A stretch of 64,000 nucleotides of DNA from Fimicolochytrium jonesii. Its lineage: Eukaryota. The stretch is taken from assembly GCF_025526975.1 (NCBI RefSeq), contig NW_026515693.1, positions 124,001-188,000 on the forward strand. The letters run 5' to 3'. Positions 33,059 to 48,978 of the stretch are shown here, in pieces; position 1 is the stretch's first letter, and the number at the start of each line of letters is the position of its first letter. The notes under the pieces were generated by a model. It made no database searches. It was not told the origin of the DNA and was given only the letters and a program-made list of their open reading frames with translations. The position numbers were made by a program, and so were the translations under genes.

Positions 33059-36000
33059 TCACCGCCTTTTCTCTATCTTCTGGTAAGGTCTAACTAGGCA
33101 AAATCTGAACTTGGAATTGGACGCCAGTCCGAAGGGATTGCTGCCTGGATCACGGTGATTCACCATGCACTCTTGGATGCCTGTTATGTAGGCTAATATG
33201 TAATCTCGGCTCCTGAAAACAGAAATCCGCTTGAGTGACTAGCATACGCTGATAAACGACCATTTTAGCTCACTTGATTCGGTCTTCGAACAGCCCGCTG
33301 GCCTCGGGAGCCAGGAAATAGTGTGGGGCGTTGACGTTGAACGCTGCCCAAGCTGTAAAGAGTCATCAGCAATGTTCGACATCATGATTGCGAGTAGCAT
33401 TTATGCGATACCTTTTGGATGCTTGGTGGGTAGGAATAATGCCAGATCATTGATTTCGAAACTAGACCCCTCTATTAGTCCACAAAACGACCGGAGGTTT
33501 CGTCATTATAGGAAAGTACTTACTTGCGAAAGGAGATCCTGTCTGCCAATGCTGCTATTGACTTTTGATATGACGCTGGTGTTTCGTTCAGTCAGTGATG
33601 CAATGGAAAGTGTACTCCAGAGTTGTAAGTTTCGGGATAGGGAGTTACCTTTCAAAGCCGGCAACTCGTCCCCGATAACGCCTTTCCATCTCTCCAGGGC
33701 CTTTTCTTTGGCGCTCTCAGCATCCAGAATGAGATGAATCGCCGATGGGACGTTCCCTACTGCATCGTCAAATGCCTGTTGAACCTCCTGCGCGGTCATC
33801 CCAGAAGGGTCCATCTTCTCCAATAGCAAGGATAGACCTTGATAAGATTTCGACAGCGCTTCGCATTGCACAACAACTTGGTGCTGAAGACTCTCGCCAG
33901 ATATCGATGAGACGAGCTCATCATAATATCTGCAGAGATCGGAAAGACGGTTTGACAGCTCAACGATGACACCGCTATCTCGCCTGCTGTGGACTTGAAA
34001 AAGTTTCGCCAACTCTACGCGGCCGGCTGTTGGGGATGATGGCCGCGAACCATCCTCGGGGCTTTGCGATTCCTCATCTGTAGTCTCAATATCGACCGTT
34101 TGGAGACCAGTGCTGATCGTAAGCACCTCTGTAGTTTCTGTGCCGGTTGTTTCCGTGGCTGGCGGCGCGCGGGCTGTCATCCATTCCCGGAGCTCGATAT
34201 ACAATTCCTCGACGCTTGCGACACATGATTGCAGTTCTTCCACGGCCGAGTTTGGCGACGACAAGATGGACGGTTCCTCTTCGCCGCCATGTATGCCCAA
34301 ACCAGCTCCAGGCGAGTCAGGCATGACATAGGACGACTCCTCTTCTTCACCGCCCCCTTCCTCCTGCAGAAGCTCGCGGACTTTCTCCAGCTTCGTTACC
34401 AGCATGCGCACCCCCTGGGACCACTCTTTCCTAACCATGGTGAACTGGGCCTGCACATCATCCGTCTCCCGACTCTTTGCCTCCAGAGCTACCTCCATGT
34501 TTCTTAGAGAGTTCTTCGCAGTGGTAAAATCCTCTTCAGCTCTCTTCACAATGGCTCGCAGCGAGAGGACGTCGGCCTCCAAAACGGCTTCGCGCGCTTC
34601 CGTTGACGTGAGCTGCTCACGCGTCATACTCAGCTGCGCATTGGCCATTTGAGAGTTGGTCCGTAACTCTGCAACTTCAGCTGCCAGAGCGATGATTTCG
34701 CCCTCCAGGGACTAGACAAGCACACGTGACTGGTTAGTGAGATCTAACCCACTTTGTCCCGTTGCGGTTGCGGCTCACCTCAGAATTCTCACGATCTTCA
34801 TCCTCATGAATCATCTCCCTGATATTGCTCAATTCAGCGGCCTGACACAAGATGTCGTCCTGCAATGCACGCAGGCCTTTACGGATGTCGTCTGTTGCTC
34901 TTCCTGATGGACTAACAGGAAGTGATACAGCTTCACCAGATGCATCCACTGCTGGGCGATGAAGGGCTGCGCTGCAATCATTGAGCCCTTCGCGGACCTC
35001 ATCGAGGAAATTGTACGTCTTAGAAGACAAGGCTTTAGAGTTTCGCCGACACACATGTGTACAGATACGCTCGATTTAATACCTTGTCAAGTTCCTGTCG
35101 CATAGCTGCCTGCCGTTCCAGAGCTGCAGCAGCGTCCGCTTGTGCGCGGTCGAGCTGCTCCTTCATCTTATCCCTTTCGGCCTCTAAAGTATGCAGCACA
35201 TTCTGTGACTCGGCGTCATTTGCCTGGGAAGCCTTCACATTTTGTTGTAGCAGTTGTTTCCTTGTGTCTTCCTGCTCATGGCTTCGCCTCTCGAGCGCGA
35301 TGCATTTAGCGTCAGCTTCAAGGAGACGATGTCGTAATGCGGTGATCTCTTGTTCATATGCGGCGACAACTGTCGGTCCGGAAGAGGGACTTCGGCTCAG
35401 CGATGTCGATCGGATGCCCAGTTGAGAATGTGCCAAATGCGTGCGTAAACGTGAGTTCTCCTCTTCGAGCTGTGCCAAGCGGTCGGAAAAGCCGGTCTTG
35501 GCGAGGATCCGCTCGAAGTCGCTGCTAGTAGCATCAACCTGAGTTGACATTTTGACGATGGTCGCCATGAGTTTCGATATGCTGTGGTTCGAATGCGTTT
35601 GACTTGCGGATGGGTCAACAGGCTCGTTTTCGACCAAGGTAGCATGAATGCTTGATACCAGTTTCTCGAAATCATTGAGGTCTTCCCGAGAGACAGAAGG
35701 TAGCTTGTCTTTCGTATTTGACAAGGAAACCTCGCAGTAGGGAGGTCTGTCGTCGAGACCTTCGATCAGGCCATTTGGGATGTACTTGACGATTTCGTTT
35801 CTGAAGGTGTCCCGTCGCTTTTCCTCCTGAATCCGAAACTTTCCGAGACAGTCTGCCATTTCCCTCGCCTTGCTGATGAAGACCCTGACAAATTCTCGGC
35901 GCCGGACGATTTCAGCGAGAGTTGCTCCCCATGCTGCCGGCATCCTATGTACATGTAGCAACTGAGCAAACGCCTGTGTGTGGGAGTTCAGGGTGTTGCT

Positions 36001-37992
36001 TAAGTCACTTATGGTTGGTGACACAGTGGCGATTTTCGACTGGATGCTCGATATGGTTTGGAGGCGCATGAGCACCGTCTCTGAAAGGTGACGCTGGGCG
36101 ACGCGAGTAAGTCATGTACACATGAACAGAAGAGAAGAAGAGGTCACTCTGCACACCTTGGAATCCAGCATGTTCGATGTTTTGTTTCGTATCAGTATAT
36201 CGGATTCGGATACGTCTGGAGCGGACTAATATTAGACATCGGGCAAAGCAGCATGGGAAAGAACACAGACTGTCTGACGTACTCGGCAGGTATTCATCGC
36301 GATGTATTTGATGCAAATGCTCAAGCGACGTCATCCTATCGCGGGCCATGGAAGAAGACAACCGAATCTCTTCGATCGCTTCCTCCACTTTAGAGATGTC
36401 TATATTGATTGACCAGTTAACGATCGTGTGGATTTGAGGCCAGAGCCGGCACAGCAAGCAAACCTCGTTCCAGTCGTTGATGCTTCGTTTCCAATCGCCT
36501 TCGTGCGTTCTGGACTTCTGTCATATCGTTTTCGAGGCGGTTCAAGCTATGATAGGCATGAGAATGATGTTTTCCAGCTAACCGACATTTAGCCACGTAC
36601 TCAATGCTCAAAGCAGCGTTAATTTCTGCCTCTGTCCCAGAGCGTACGGTCTTGATGATTTCAGTAGCCGACGACAACTTCTTGACGAGCAGATCTGTTG
36701 ATGCATCAATTAGCTGGGACATCAAGGGACATGTTCATACTGGACATACCATGTGCGACCCGGCAGTTCTCGGCCCAGGTGATGAGCTTATCTTCCGGAA
36801 CGTAATCCGAGAGATGCTGATCTTCGGGTGCTATAGACTCATGGATTGGTATCCGATGCAGAGCCTGCATATCTGTTGGGAAGCTTTTGCGTGTTACTCC
36901 GGTGGTCCGGTTCATATTTGGATTGGGCATGTCGGACATACCTTTGCAACAGGGTGGCGTGTTTGCTCATTTCTTTCTGAGCATGCGAATAAAAGTTGTC
37001 GAAGGCATCACAGACAGAACGACTGTAACCCTTGAGATTCATCAGAGCGATGTTGAATCCGTCAATTTGGACCCTTTGTTCTAGAGAGGTGATTAGATTA
37101 CGATGAGCCTCGGAGGTATGGCCATAGGCATACCTTGCAAAGATCTCTCGCATATGGCTTCGTGATACATAGCGCTCCTCAAGGTTGCCTACAAGTTTGC
37201 CCTGAGTTCTGCACTGCATTCGTCAACTACTCATATTGAATTACCTGGCTATATGCCACATGAGATCTGAAAGCGATGAAGTACGCTGTGCATTGTTCCT
37301 CAACCGACTGCCGTCGTTCGATGTCTATGAGCGCTGGAAGTTCAAATGCATTGGCTCATGCGGTTCAGATATTCAAGCAGCGAAAAATATGTTGTACTTG
37401 CCTTTCACTGGAACAGGAGGCTCGATGTCCGGGATGACTGGAAGCATAGCTGCCGAGGCAGTTTCCCGATCCAGAAGCAATCGGTTGTATACGAAGAGAA
37501 CGGCATTTTCCTAAATGCCAGGAAGAGGCTTTAAGGCACTGACATTTGCGGCAATCTCTATCATTCCCATCGGCAAGCCCACCTTCACAATCTCGCTGAA
37601 GTTTTCGCTTCGTAATTGCACTCCAGGTGCTGCTCCGCCGAGCAATAAGATCTGAGCTTGAGACGGAATATTTGCCACCGATTGAATCTCTTCCCTCACG
37701 GTGTCGATGCTATTATGAATGCAAGCACGTCGATTAGAGATCCTTGCTGGGGTGAGCCTTATGCGATTTCGATTATCGAGCAGGACAGCACTGGATTGAG
37801 AGGAACGGGCGTATATGTCTGGGAGACGTCCATTTGGGCAGGTTCATCGATGGCACTGGCACCACAAGCTGTCCCGGCAAACTTCTCCTATCTACAGCCT
37901 AAGAAGGGATTCCATCTTTGTATGTACCTGTCGTCAGGAGTGAAGGTCCTAGTTGATAGCAATACACCCGACTCCGCCTGGTAGACTCGCAT
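33059..37992 (-). CDS. ATG11: Autophagy scaffold Atg11/RB1CC1, multi-exon
   Basis: N-terminal MRVYQAESG..IPSQAQILL, then WGATLAEIVRRREF and coiled coils. C-terminal claw region NDLALFLPT, AAFNVNAPHYFL and NPFGL. Confidence 0.88.
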
Positions 37993-38571
37993 AGCGGCAC
38001 TATGTTGCCGTTTCACCCTATTGGAGAACAGAACAGAGCGGCAGGGTACCTATCGGGCAGAGTACCTATCGGCCGAGTCCTGGAATGTCGTGGCCCTCCC
38101 CCACTCAGTTCGGTGCCCACGAAAAACAGGAAGGTCTCGAAAGATGGAAGGCTACAGTATATCGAGCCGCTGGGAGAACAGGTTCCAGCAGGCGGAATAT
38201 GGGCCTTCTTTCGACCCTAGACTTGGGCTGCTGAGGAGCGTTCGAAAAACGTGATGTGTCGTTGACAGGTGAGAGGTTCTCAACGGAGCTTCCCCGCTCT
38301 GCAAGCTCTGCAAGTCCTCAACCCCGACAGCAGAACAACACGACACCTGTCCAACAACACCTCACTGAGACCGGTCGAAAACGGAACGGCCTATGCCAAC
38401 GTCAAGCCACGAACCATAGCCTATTCCAGGCCCTCAGTGCCTTTGCGTGAACGTTTCCAGCCGGCCTTCTCCAACATCTCCGTCGCGTCTCAGGCGTGAA
38501 AGTTGCGTCTGGTTGCGTCGTCATTTCTGAACTTTCGGCAAGAAGCACATTCAGAAGGACAGCGGAATACA

Positions 38572-39639
38572 ATGCTTGCTTCACATCTACAGCGTTCGCT
38601 GCAGGTCTGCAGACCTCAAGCTACTGGACCCACGCAAGCTAGGAACAAGGTATGCAAAGCGGTCTATGGGTATTGTTCCGCAAGGACACAGGACTCACCA
38701 CGATCTCTGTTGCAGTTCATATCGGCCCGTCCGTTCTCCTGCCACGCGAAAAGCCTACGATGGACGCAAGAGCCGCAAGGGCTCGGGATCCCGTATGTCA
38801 TAGAATCCTCTGTATGTCTGACATGTAATATCCTCGTTAATGACTGGATAACCTGACCTACTCTTGCTAACAGCCCCGAGGAGAACGTGTCTTCGATATC
38901 TTTTCCCGCTTACTCAAAGAACGAATAATAATGCTCAATGGGGAGGTTCATGATGCAGTATCGGCAGTTGTTGTTGCACAGCTGCTCTTTCTGGAAGCTG
39001 AAAATCCAGAAAAACCTATCAACTTTTACATCAACTCGCCTGGAGGGAGTGTGACGGCGGGAATGGCGATATATGACACGGTACGTTCCTCACGCGAATA
39101 TAGACCCAACAGCAGACTTGAGGCTAATACTTGCATTCCAGATGCAATACATACAATCCCCCGTCGCAACGGTATGCATTGGTCAGGCGGCTTCAATGGG
39201 ATCTCTGCTGTTGGCAGCTGGAGAGCCAGGACAACGGTCGATCTTGCCTAATGGCAGAGTAATGATACATCAACCGAGGTTTGTTGTACAATCTTCAGGT
39301 CAGCAATGTTTGCATTGTAACTCATCCCTTGAAATCTTCTTTCGCAGTGGAGGTGCATCGGGTCAGGCCTCGGATATTGCCATTCATGCAAAAGAAATTC
39401 TGGAAATCCGGGCCCGTTTGAATGGGATATATCATAAGCACACAAAACAGCCATTGGATTGGATAGGTGCGCGATGCACAGCCCAGATCAGCAATCGATG
39501 TTTGATACTGACACTGACGCCCATAGAGAAAACCATGGAGAGGGATCATTTTATGACGGCCGAAAAGGCTGTGGAGCATGGTCTTGTAGATAGAATCTTG
39601 CTCAAGCGGGAGCCTACAAAGAAGCAGTCTGACGCGTAG
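38572..39639 (+). CDS. CLPP: Mitochondrial ATP-dependent Clp protease proteolytic subunit, multi-exon
   Basis: [56 protein letters not shown] and ERDHFM (Ser-His-Asp triad). Confidence 0.95.
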
Positions 39640-40170
39640 GTCGGCCTGCGTATACATGGGAAAAAGAAGGCCTTCCACCGCAGACATCTGAAGGTAATGA
39701 TGGAATGGAGTGCCTATCAAAAGGCCTCGCGCGCTGAGAACAAGTCGGTCCTAGTTTCCCATAGTTCTGTTGCTCTGTGCCCTCTTCTGGCCGTCGATCT
39801 GTCGCGGTGGCTTGCTTGCTGTTGATAACTTTGCGGTTGATTGAGATTGCATGAGAGCATTGACAACCTTCTGCCGCCTGATATATGGCCCGTTGGGCAA
39901 GTTGTAGCCGCGTAAGCAAGTAGAAGTCGAACGGAAGCCTTTTCAGCGTTATTTGGACTTGGTGGAGTAAGCAGTGGAGCTCAAAACTCCCCCGGGCAAT
40001 ACGCAACTTTGACGGCTGCCAAATGACGAATTTGACAGCGTGACGTCGAAGTTCCGACGCGGTCACCCCATCCATCAAGCCATCAAGGCACTTCACCTTC
40101 TGCGAATTACCCGAAAAAGTGCCCTAGCATAGATATCCCTCTTCCGTCGGAAGTCGCAGTGAAGCCCGAA

Positions 40171-43100
40171 ATGTCTGGTGTGAGGACTCGTCGTTCTTCC
40201 AAACGTTCGAAATATGAGGCCTCCGTAGCGGACGAAGGACCGCAAATATTCGGAGATATGGAGAATATGAATATGGGGACCAGCAGCGAAAGCATCGACG
40301 ATCTTTTGGAAGATGAAGTCAGTGACACACTGGTCTTGCCTTGGAGGGTAGTGAAGCGGCGGCTGCAAGCTCGTATCACGCAGACTACGTCGTCATCGCA
40401 GAAAGCCAGTGCCGCCCTCCCAACGACTTTGCCGTATGGATTTCAAATCAGCCGAAATCTGGCCTATCCGAAAGCGAGTATCCGGAATGCCCTCTTCATT
40501 CCTGGATCGCCAGACCGATTTGCCACCTTAGACACCAATTTCATGAGTATTTGGAAGAATGGGATCCGTACATCGAAAGTGCAGTTGGTCCCGCCGGACA
40601 AGAACGCATCTGCCCCACTGGCCGGATTGAGCAAGTGGACGTACGCAGCGAAGCTCAGGGCTTTGTTCATATCGACTACACATCTGGAGATAAAAGTTTG
40701 TAGTCATGACATATTCAATGAATGCGCAACGTACACTTACCAGAGGACGGCACTAGATGATGACGCCAAGCTTCGGAGAGCTGGGAGCGGTTAGCAGCAA
40801 CAAACCGATCCTAAGGTATGCGGAGATTTGCGTAGACGTGGCCGCTGCAGACGCTCAGGCTCGTTCTCTTAGCTTGGAATACAATGAGTTCAAGAATGAG
40901 TTGATTACAACTGGGACAGATAATGTTACGGTACGGGCATGGGTCCTTCAATACTTCAGAACGAAGCCGCAACTAAGCAATAGCACAGGTCTGGAACTTC
41001 AAGAAGACCGACGATGTGTAGGTAAACCTGGCAAGCAGCATTATCAACCACTCTGATTGACATTTGCGCAAAGATTGTACCCATACAAATTCGACGAGAT
41101 CCGACTGCATATGGACGATTTTGAAGAGGACGGCTGGGTTGCTACAACTGTCTACAATCATGTCAACAACAAGATTCTTGCCGCTGCCGGGAACGCTGTA
41201 CATGTAAGTACGTGCCTTCCGATGGGAATTTGACCAAGAGCACGTTAAGGAACTTAAGCGACCGCTTTCAGGTGTTCGACTATGGGACAGGGGAACGTCT
41301 GGAACTCCTCAAAGAGGTCCATGAGCTCTCAATCACGGCAATGCTTGTGCTGGAGCCCTACGGATATTTTGTAACTGCTTCGCGTGACACCACAAGTATG
41401 TTGTATGCAAGATCTGAGGCGATTTCTTGCGGTCTCACACCTGAATCAGTCAAGATTTTCAATCGTCAGTTCGGGCTGTTGCACGAGCTACATGACCACA
41501 CGCAGGCCGTGACTGGTCTAGCTACCGTTCCTCTTCCCGCGACGTCCGGAAGCGTTGCATCAGTGCAGTCTGCGATACCGTTCTTTCTGTCTTGCTCATT
41601 GGATGGGACAGTCAAGATGTGGAATGCGGAGACTGGGGCGTGCACCTACAGGTTTGATGTCTATTGCGTACATCGCAAGACATTGTCCTAACACTCTGCG
41701 CATAGTCTACAGACCGCCAGTGAGTGCCTGGGGATCTCATGGCTGAAGGAGGAAACTTTCATGCACTACGCGAAAGATCGCATCAGCGTTTGGACTTTGC
41801 ATCGATTTTACGTTACATTTACTCCCGTGAGGTGCGGTTCACTAGACCCCGTCGCCTTGATTACTTGAGCTCGTTTCTCATCATTGAAAGCTTGTCCTGC
41901 TGGCAGATGCGCTGCAATAAAACTGACGCGCGTCCAGTATCCCCGCTTTCCCGCTCGCATATTGTCGGTAGCCGCGGACGGGTCAATACGGCTAATCTCC
42001 CCGGTCACAGGCACGGTTCTGACAGTAGGATTCCCGATCATCTCGGAGGTTAGCACTATAGCTGCTGCATATGATATAACGCAAAGTAAGGCTTGCTGTA
42101 CTAGTCAGTGGGAGATACAGTCATGGCTGATACAGGAAATGGGAAGATAGGGCATGGCTTCTCCTGGCCAACGGTGACATGGCTATACACGACACAAGCA
42201 CAAATCCGACGGAGATCATCGAGGAACGGATACACAAAGGTGAGGGCACTTGCTCTTCCAAGCTTGTCAACTCTACACTCTGAATCACTAATGTTTAATC
42301 GGTATGTTGTTTCTTAGCCGGCCATGCTCGCATCTCCTGCATGGCCTCTCTCCTCCCACCTAACGCTAATGCCATCGCAAAAATCTCTGGGTCACAACCA
42401 TGTCCCAGTGTATATGGGATCTGGTGTGGCACTGACGCAGGACAGGTCGTCCTGATGGACGTTCGACAAACCGATCGACAGGAAAGACCAACCCAGGTTG
42501 GTACCCTTGGATGACCTGAAGGACATCCGAGAGTGATACTGACGCCAGTGAAATCGCTAGGCACATGCAGCTGAACTACTCGCCTTGGAGTACGACCACA
42601 GGCAGTTGCGTCTCTTTACCGGTGGCAAAGGTAACACATGCTCTCCGACGTAAGGTAGCATCGTCCAACTGACATTGCTCCTTTCATAGACCGCATCATT
42701 AAGATTTGGGCAGTCACTTTCCCCGAAGACTCGGCATTGAAACTCCTACGGCGTCCTACCCACGAGACACTCGCCAATTGGTACACCCCATCCTTTGCCG
42801 CCTCGGTGACCCTGCTTCTGGGAAGCACCATTTCGTTTCCAGATGGACTCGTATCTCACATGAGCTGGGGCCCTCATAGTGAGATGCTGACCATCGCGAC
42901 GGACACTCAACGTGTTCTGGCCGTCCCTGTCACCCAGAACTCCGCTGGAGCCTTGAAGACCCATTCCCGAGATGATGATCATACTGGCGAGATAACAGAC
43001 CTGGTGAGCTGCGAGGAGGTGGACATCACGGCCTCAGCTAGTTTGGATGGCACCGTCAGAGTGTGGGATGGGCTCGATAATACCCTCATCAGGTAACCTT

Positions 43101-46100
43101 CATCGTTCGACCACCGGCTTGAGTCGTACCTGATCCGCTCCTTTCCCGTACGCAGAGAATTGCAGTTCAACACCCCCGTCTCTTCCCTCTGTTTTGTCAA
43201 TCACCGTGGTGATCTTTTAATTGCTCTCCCAGATGAGCTCGTACTGGTGCAAATTCAAGACTACCTCCCGTTGCAATCGATCCGCGGGATCTTGCAGAGA
43301 GGGAATTGGCCAGACGACGTTGTAGAGGACTCGAAGAGTTTTGACTCCAATGTTGACTTTTGGGGGCTGTATAGAGAGCGGGATCAACAGAAGGATACGT
43401 GGCATGTCGAAAAGAGGAGGTAAGCTGAGCGGTTCCAATGTGGTTTTAGAAACTCCTCAACGCAATCAACAATAACAAGGACATTTTGTACGCTAGACGA
43501 CCAGAAGACGAGCAAGATGACCTCAAGGCACAGCAAAATGTCAAAGAAGTGGAAACAATTTTTCAGATGCACAAAGACGTAAGGCCCACGTTTTCGCATC
43601 GATGTAGAGACGTGCCATGGCTCACAAAACCTGTACATTAAGGCATTGATGGCGCAAGAAGAGTCGGACCAGCCCCAGCCCCACACTCGCCGTTTATCAA
43701 ACATCACCTCCCACTACCGCCTCCAAACCTTCGCCGAGAGTGGCATGTATTCCGGCACACGCCCACATTCCCGCGAAAGTTTCAACCAAGCTGCCGCGGG
43801 ATCGGTCCCAGGAAAACATCCCCGGCAACGATCGTTCCAAGCCCTTCGGAATCAATTCTCGGATTCGTTGAGAGATTTTCTGGCGGAGAGCCAGGGGCGC
43901 AGGGATATGGGAGAGACATTGTTGGAGATGTCGGAGGATGATTTGACGGCGTCGAGAGAGAGCACAGTGGAAAGTGGGATGGACGAAGCACCATTTTCTG
44001 ACGAGGGTATACCAACGAAAAGGGATCGAAGTGTGAGTTGATTGGAACAAAGTCTTGCTGCCGACGGTGCAAGTCAGCTGACTTCCGTTTATTTCACTGT
44101 TGCAGTTATCGTCATACGCAAGGGTATGTGCGTGGTCATGACTATCTAACCACTTTCTTCTGCCCCATCGTAGTAAAGACTGACGTTCGCTTTCTCAAAT
44201 ACAGGAGTTGCATAGCGGAGGTCGCTTCATAGGCGGTCCCGCACCCAAAATCGAAGAAATCCAGGAAGAAGTCGCTGATTTCGCCGTAGTAGCAGAGCTC
44301 CCGCGCGGCTCCAGCTTTTCGGATGCCGATGCTCGGGATAGTGTGGCGAGGCGGCTGCGGGAAAGGCATCAGTCTGACAAGGTGATGTCGCACGGAGTAT
44401 TCTGAACGGAGCATCACACGCAGTGTCGAGGGATTGCTGAGCCGTTCATCTAGATTACAAACCGACGTACATCGGTGAGCTTACCCAGAGAGCGACAGCC
44501 GTCCGAGGTGGAGATGCTGACACGGAGATCATCGGTATGTCATCTTCGCTACTAATTTTACAAACCCAGCGTGCATCACGAAAGATAACGGCCTTTCCTC
44601 CAGGTCTTTGCCCATTCGGATGGAGAGACGGCAGCAGGCGATGGCGGCGATGGTGCTCATGCAAGGCCATCGCAGGGGGAAGAACAAGATAAACGCCTTC
44701 ATAACGTGATGGAGAAACCAAAAAGCCAGAGAGGTACGGGGAGGGGAGTCGACGATGAATATAAACACCTTTCGAACATCCACTGAGAGTAAGTTATACA
44801 GGCCGCAAAAGAACGCCAGCAGAGAGGACCACCCCCCGCAAACTCGACCCGACCGTCATCCGCCCACCGAAACTGACCGTCCCATCCCACATTACATCCA
44901 GGGGTGCCGCTTCCACCCAACCCCAGCAGAGCGCCGGCGACCACCTCCCCCCTCCCGAAGAAGCGGCCGCGCGCAAAGCTGCAATCCTCAAAGGCATGGA
45001 ACGCCTGGGTATCCTGCCCAACTCGATGGTGACGGGCCAAACAGAATCGATCATCAACCAGAAGAAGCTGCAGGTGGAGCGCGAGCGGAAGGATAAGGAT
45101 CGGGCGATGTTGAGTAAAGTGAGGGAGATGATTGAGAGGCGGAGGGCGGGTGAGGGGTCGCGAGGTGGGACGCGAGGTGGGACGGTGTCCAGAGGTGCGA
45201 CATTGCTTGAATCTGCGATGATGTCGTCGGTGGATCTCACGGCCGAGAAGATGGAGGTTCTGGAAACCGAGCACCCGGACAGGCCGGTGACGCCTCATGA
45301 GATCCAGGTGCAGGATGAGATGCAACATACGACGGAGACTGAGGAACACAAGCGGAAAAAGACTCCCGCCAAACCCCATTCGCCCGCGAAAGGAAAGCGA
45401 GAGAAAACGCCGGATACGAGGAAAGAACCCGAGCCGTTACCGGAAACGCAAAAGCTCAAAGCCAAAAAGAAGAAAGTTCACGCCGCAACCATCGTGGCCA
45501 GGTTGCGTGTCATCGACCCTGGAACTGGCGTTGCTACCGTAGACTACAGCGGACTAGGCGCTATCCGGCTCGAGAGCATCTCCCCAACGAGTCGGGTCCG
45601 TACGACCCAACCGGTGCAAATCGGCGTCCGGGGGGTGGAGGAGCCGGAGCATGCTTATACTCCCGCTCAACCACCGCCGCCGCCGAAACCAACAATCGAT
45701 ACCAAGCCCAAACCCTTCCCAACGACCGACAAACCGGCCGATAAACTCCCACCGCTCCCACCGCTCCCACCGGCCGGCCCACTGCACCGCGGCAAACACA
45801 ACAAACGCCGCGAATCCAACGCTTACCGCCCGGAAGAGATCGTCGAAGAGATGCCCACCAGCGGCGGCGACGATAGCACGAGGTTTCCCTCTGCGGCAAC
45901 TCACATCTCGACCAGTCGAGTGTTCACGCAACCTGACATGCACCAGATTAGCCAAAGCAGGATGTCGATGCGGTCGGCGATCCGGGCCCAGAGCACGTTC
46001 AGCAATCGGTTCATTGAAGAGGAGCTGCAGGTGGAGGATATTGTGCCGGAATTGCAGGGGATCATGGACGCATTTTGGTTTCCGGGTATGAAGGTAGGCG

Positions 46101-47037
46101 TTCGAGAATGTCCCCACCATTCCATCAACAACTCGCCCAGCGACTTCTTACACATCGGACTTAAATCACAGGGCCAAAAACTAACCCTGGAAAACATAAT
46201 CGCCACCCTCTTCCACGTGCTTAAAACCGGCTACTGGTCCGAAAAAGCCGAAGCCTCCGACGCCCTCCTCCAGCTCTACCACGACTTTTCCGACGAGTTC
46301 CGGGACCCCACCATGAATTTCGTGCTCCCGCAGATCGAGAGCTTGAATGATCGTGATTGGCAGACGAGGGTTAGATTGTGCCAGAATTTGGTCAAGTATG
46401 GGGTCAGCCATCCCATGCTGATACATGGGTTGATTGCGAGGCTGTTGGATCCGCATGAGGCTGTTAGGTGTGTTGCGGAAATGCACATTGGTTTGCTGAA
46501 GGTCGTCACGGCTGATGCGATTTGATCCTCACGACTATCTAGAGCGGCCGCGGCGAAGAGTTTGGCAGTTTTCGAGATAGATACGAGATCCTCTCTCCGG
46601 AATATGCTGCAAAGATTGCACATGTTGCCCAACGCAGCACTCGGTCCGCAGATGGATTGGCTGGACGTAAGTATTGCTGGTGAATCCACCGCTGACTGAC
46701 CAATCTAATCATCGTTCGCCTTCACCCACGACCCTGCATACAGGTGCTAATCCTCCGCCAACGCGACCGCCAAGCAGCAATGGAAGCGCAATCTCAGCGC
46801 AATGCATCTCACTGGCTCACCACAGCGAATCCAATCTGCGATGGGCGCGCCTTCACCCGCCCGCCATCATCGTTCGTGACGCTGGTGCCGCCTGAGCTGG
46901 AGGGTGAGAAGTTTGTGATGCCGACCTTCACCGCCGCGGACAATGCAGCGGCAGCGGCTGCTAAGGCGGCGCATCATCGGAAGGCGAAGGGCAAGCCGCC
47001 GAAGGTCCAGAGGGAGGTTATGGTCGAAGATCGATGA
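40171..47037 (+). CDS. Large WD40-repeat protein with Pro/Lys-rich centre and C-terminal HEAT-like repeats (WDR87/WDR97-like)
   Basis: WD repeats HELSIT..FVTASRD, HTQAVTGL..SCSLDGTVKMWN and HTGEITDL..SASLDGTVRVWD. HEAT-like LNDRDWQTRVR and LLDPHEAVR. The start and some exons are uncertain. Confidence 0.65.
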
Positions 47038-47503
47038 TTGGATTTTTGGTCGGATGGTAGACATAGTTGTGAGAGGTAGATCAGAGTCGATAGACGCCTT
47101 TAGAGATAGAGATAGGTGTTGGACACACATTTGCATACGTACGGAGACAGTAGTTAGTTTCTAGGGGTAATTCCGGAGGGATTGGATTGGTGTGAGATAA
47201 TGCAATGGGGGCTCAAGTCTTGCCTGCGATAATCACATTGCCCATCTCCATCGAAGTCCCATCTTACAAAAAGATGAAGATACTGAAACCCGAATGGCGA
47301 AGAGCTGCGTTTCAAATATACATTTATGTAATCAGAAACAGAGACATACAATGGGGTGGCATTCTAGCGAAAAAGCTGCTTGATCAAACGGATGAGGCGA
47401 GCACGGTGGGTGTGGAACAAAAGTAGCTGTGAGGGAGGTCGCGGCGAAGGGGAAGCGATGATGTTGCTGGCGAGGATTGGTAAAGTGGAAGGCGATTCCA
47501 TCT

Positions 47504-48482
<979 letters not shown>

Positions 48483-48978
48483 TTTGCCAGACCGGTACTC
48501 TGTAAGAAAACGAAAACTGTGTGGTTGTGCGAAGGTGCTTGAGCTGCTCCTCTGTCCGCCAAGGCGCAGTATATGGTTGTGTTGGTGGAAGAAATCAGGG
48601 AAGTTGGATGTTCAAAACGGCCGGGAGTCCGCTGACGGCTGCGATTTGCACCACTCTCTCACGTCACTGCGCTTAAAACAACAAGCATTTATTTGCAATA
48701 ACTGCACTCAAATCACGTGCGCAGCGGTTGCATTCCGTCTTCATCGCGTATCGAGTGCGGAGCAGGTTTGGGATTCGGAAGCAAACGATGATAGAGGTGT
48801 TGCTACAGCATGTTGTATTCTCATTATTTACAGTACATCACAGGCATGATTTTGTATGGACAGAGCATGATATATAACGTGATCGAGTCGACCATCTCAG
48901 CAGTTTTATTCTTTTGCGCATGGGTTCCGATTCGGGTATTCAGCCAGTTTCTCGTGTCCCACTGGTATACGCCCCCAC

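Noticed and set aside
38041..38080. 16-bp tandem duplication GCAG(G/A)GTACCTATCGG in ATG11-CLPP spacer
   Set aside because: It has only about two copies, consistent with ordinary slippage, and there is no supporting evidence of function.
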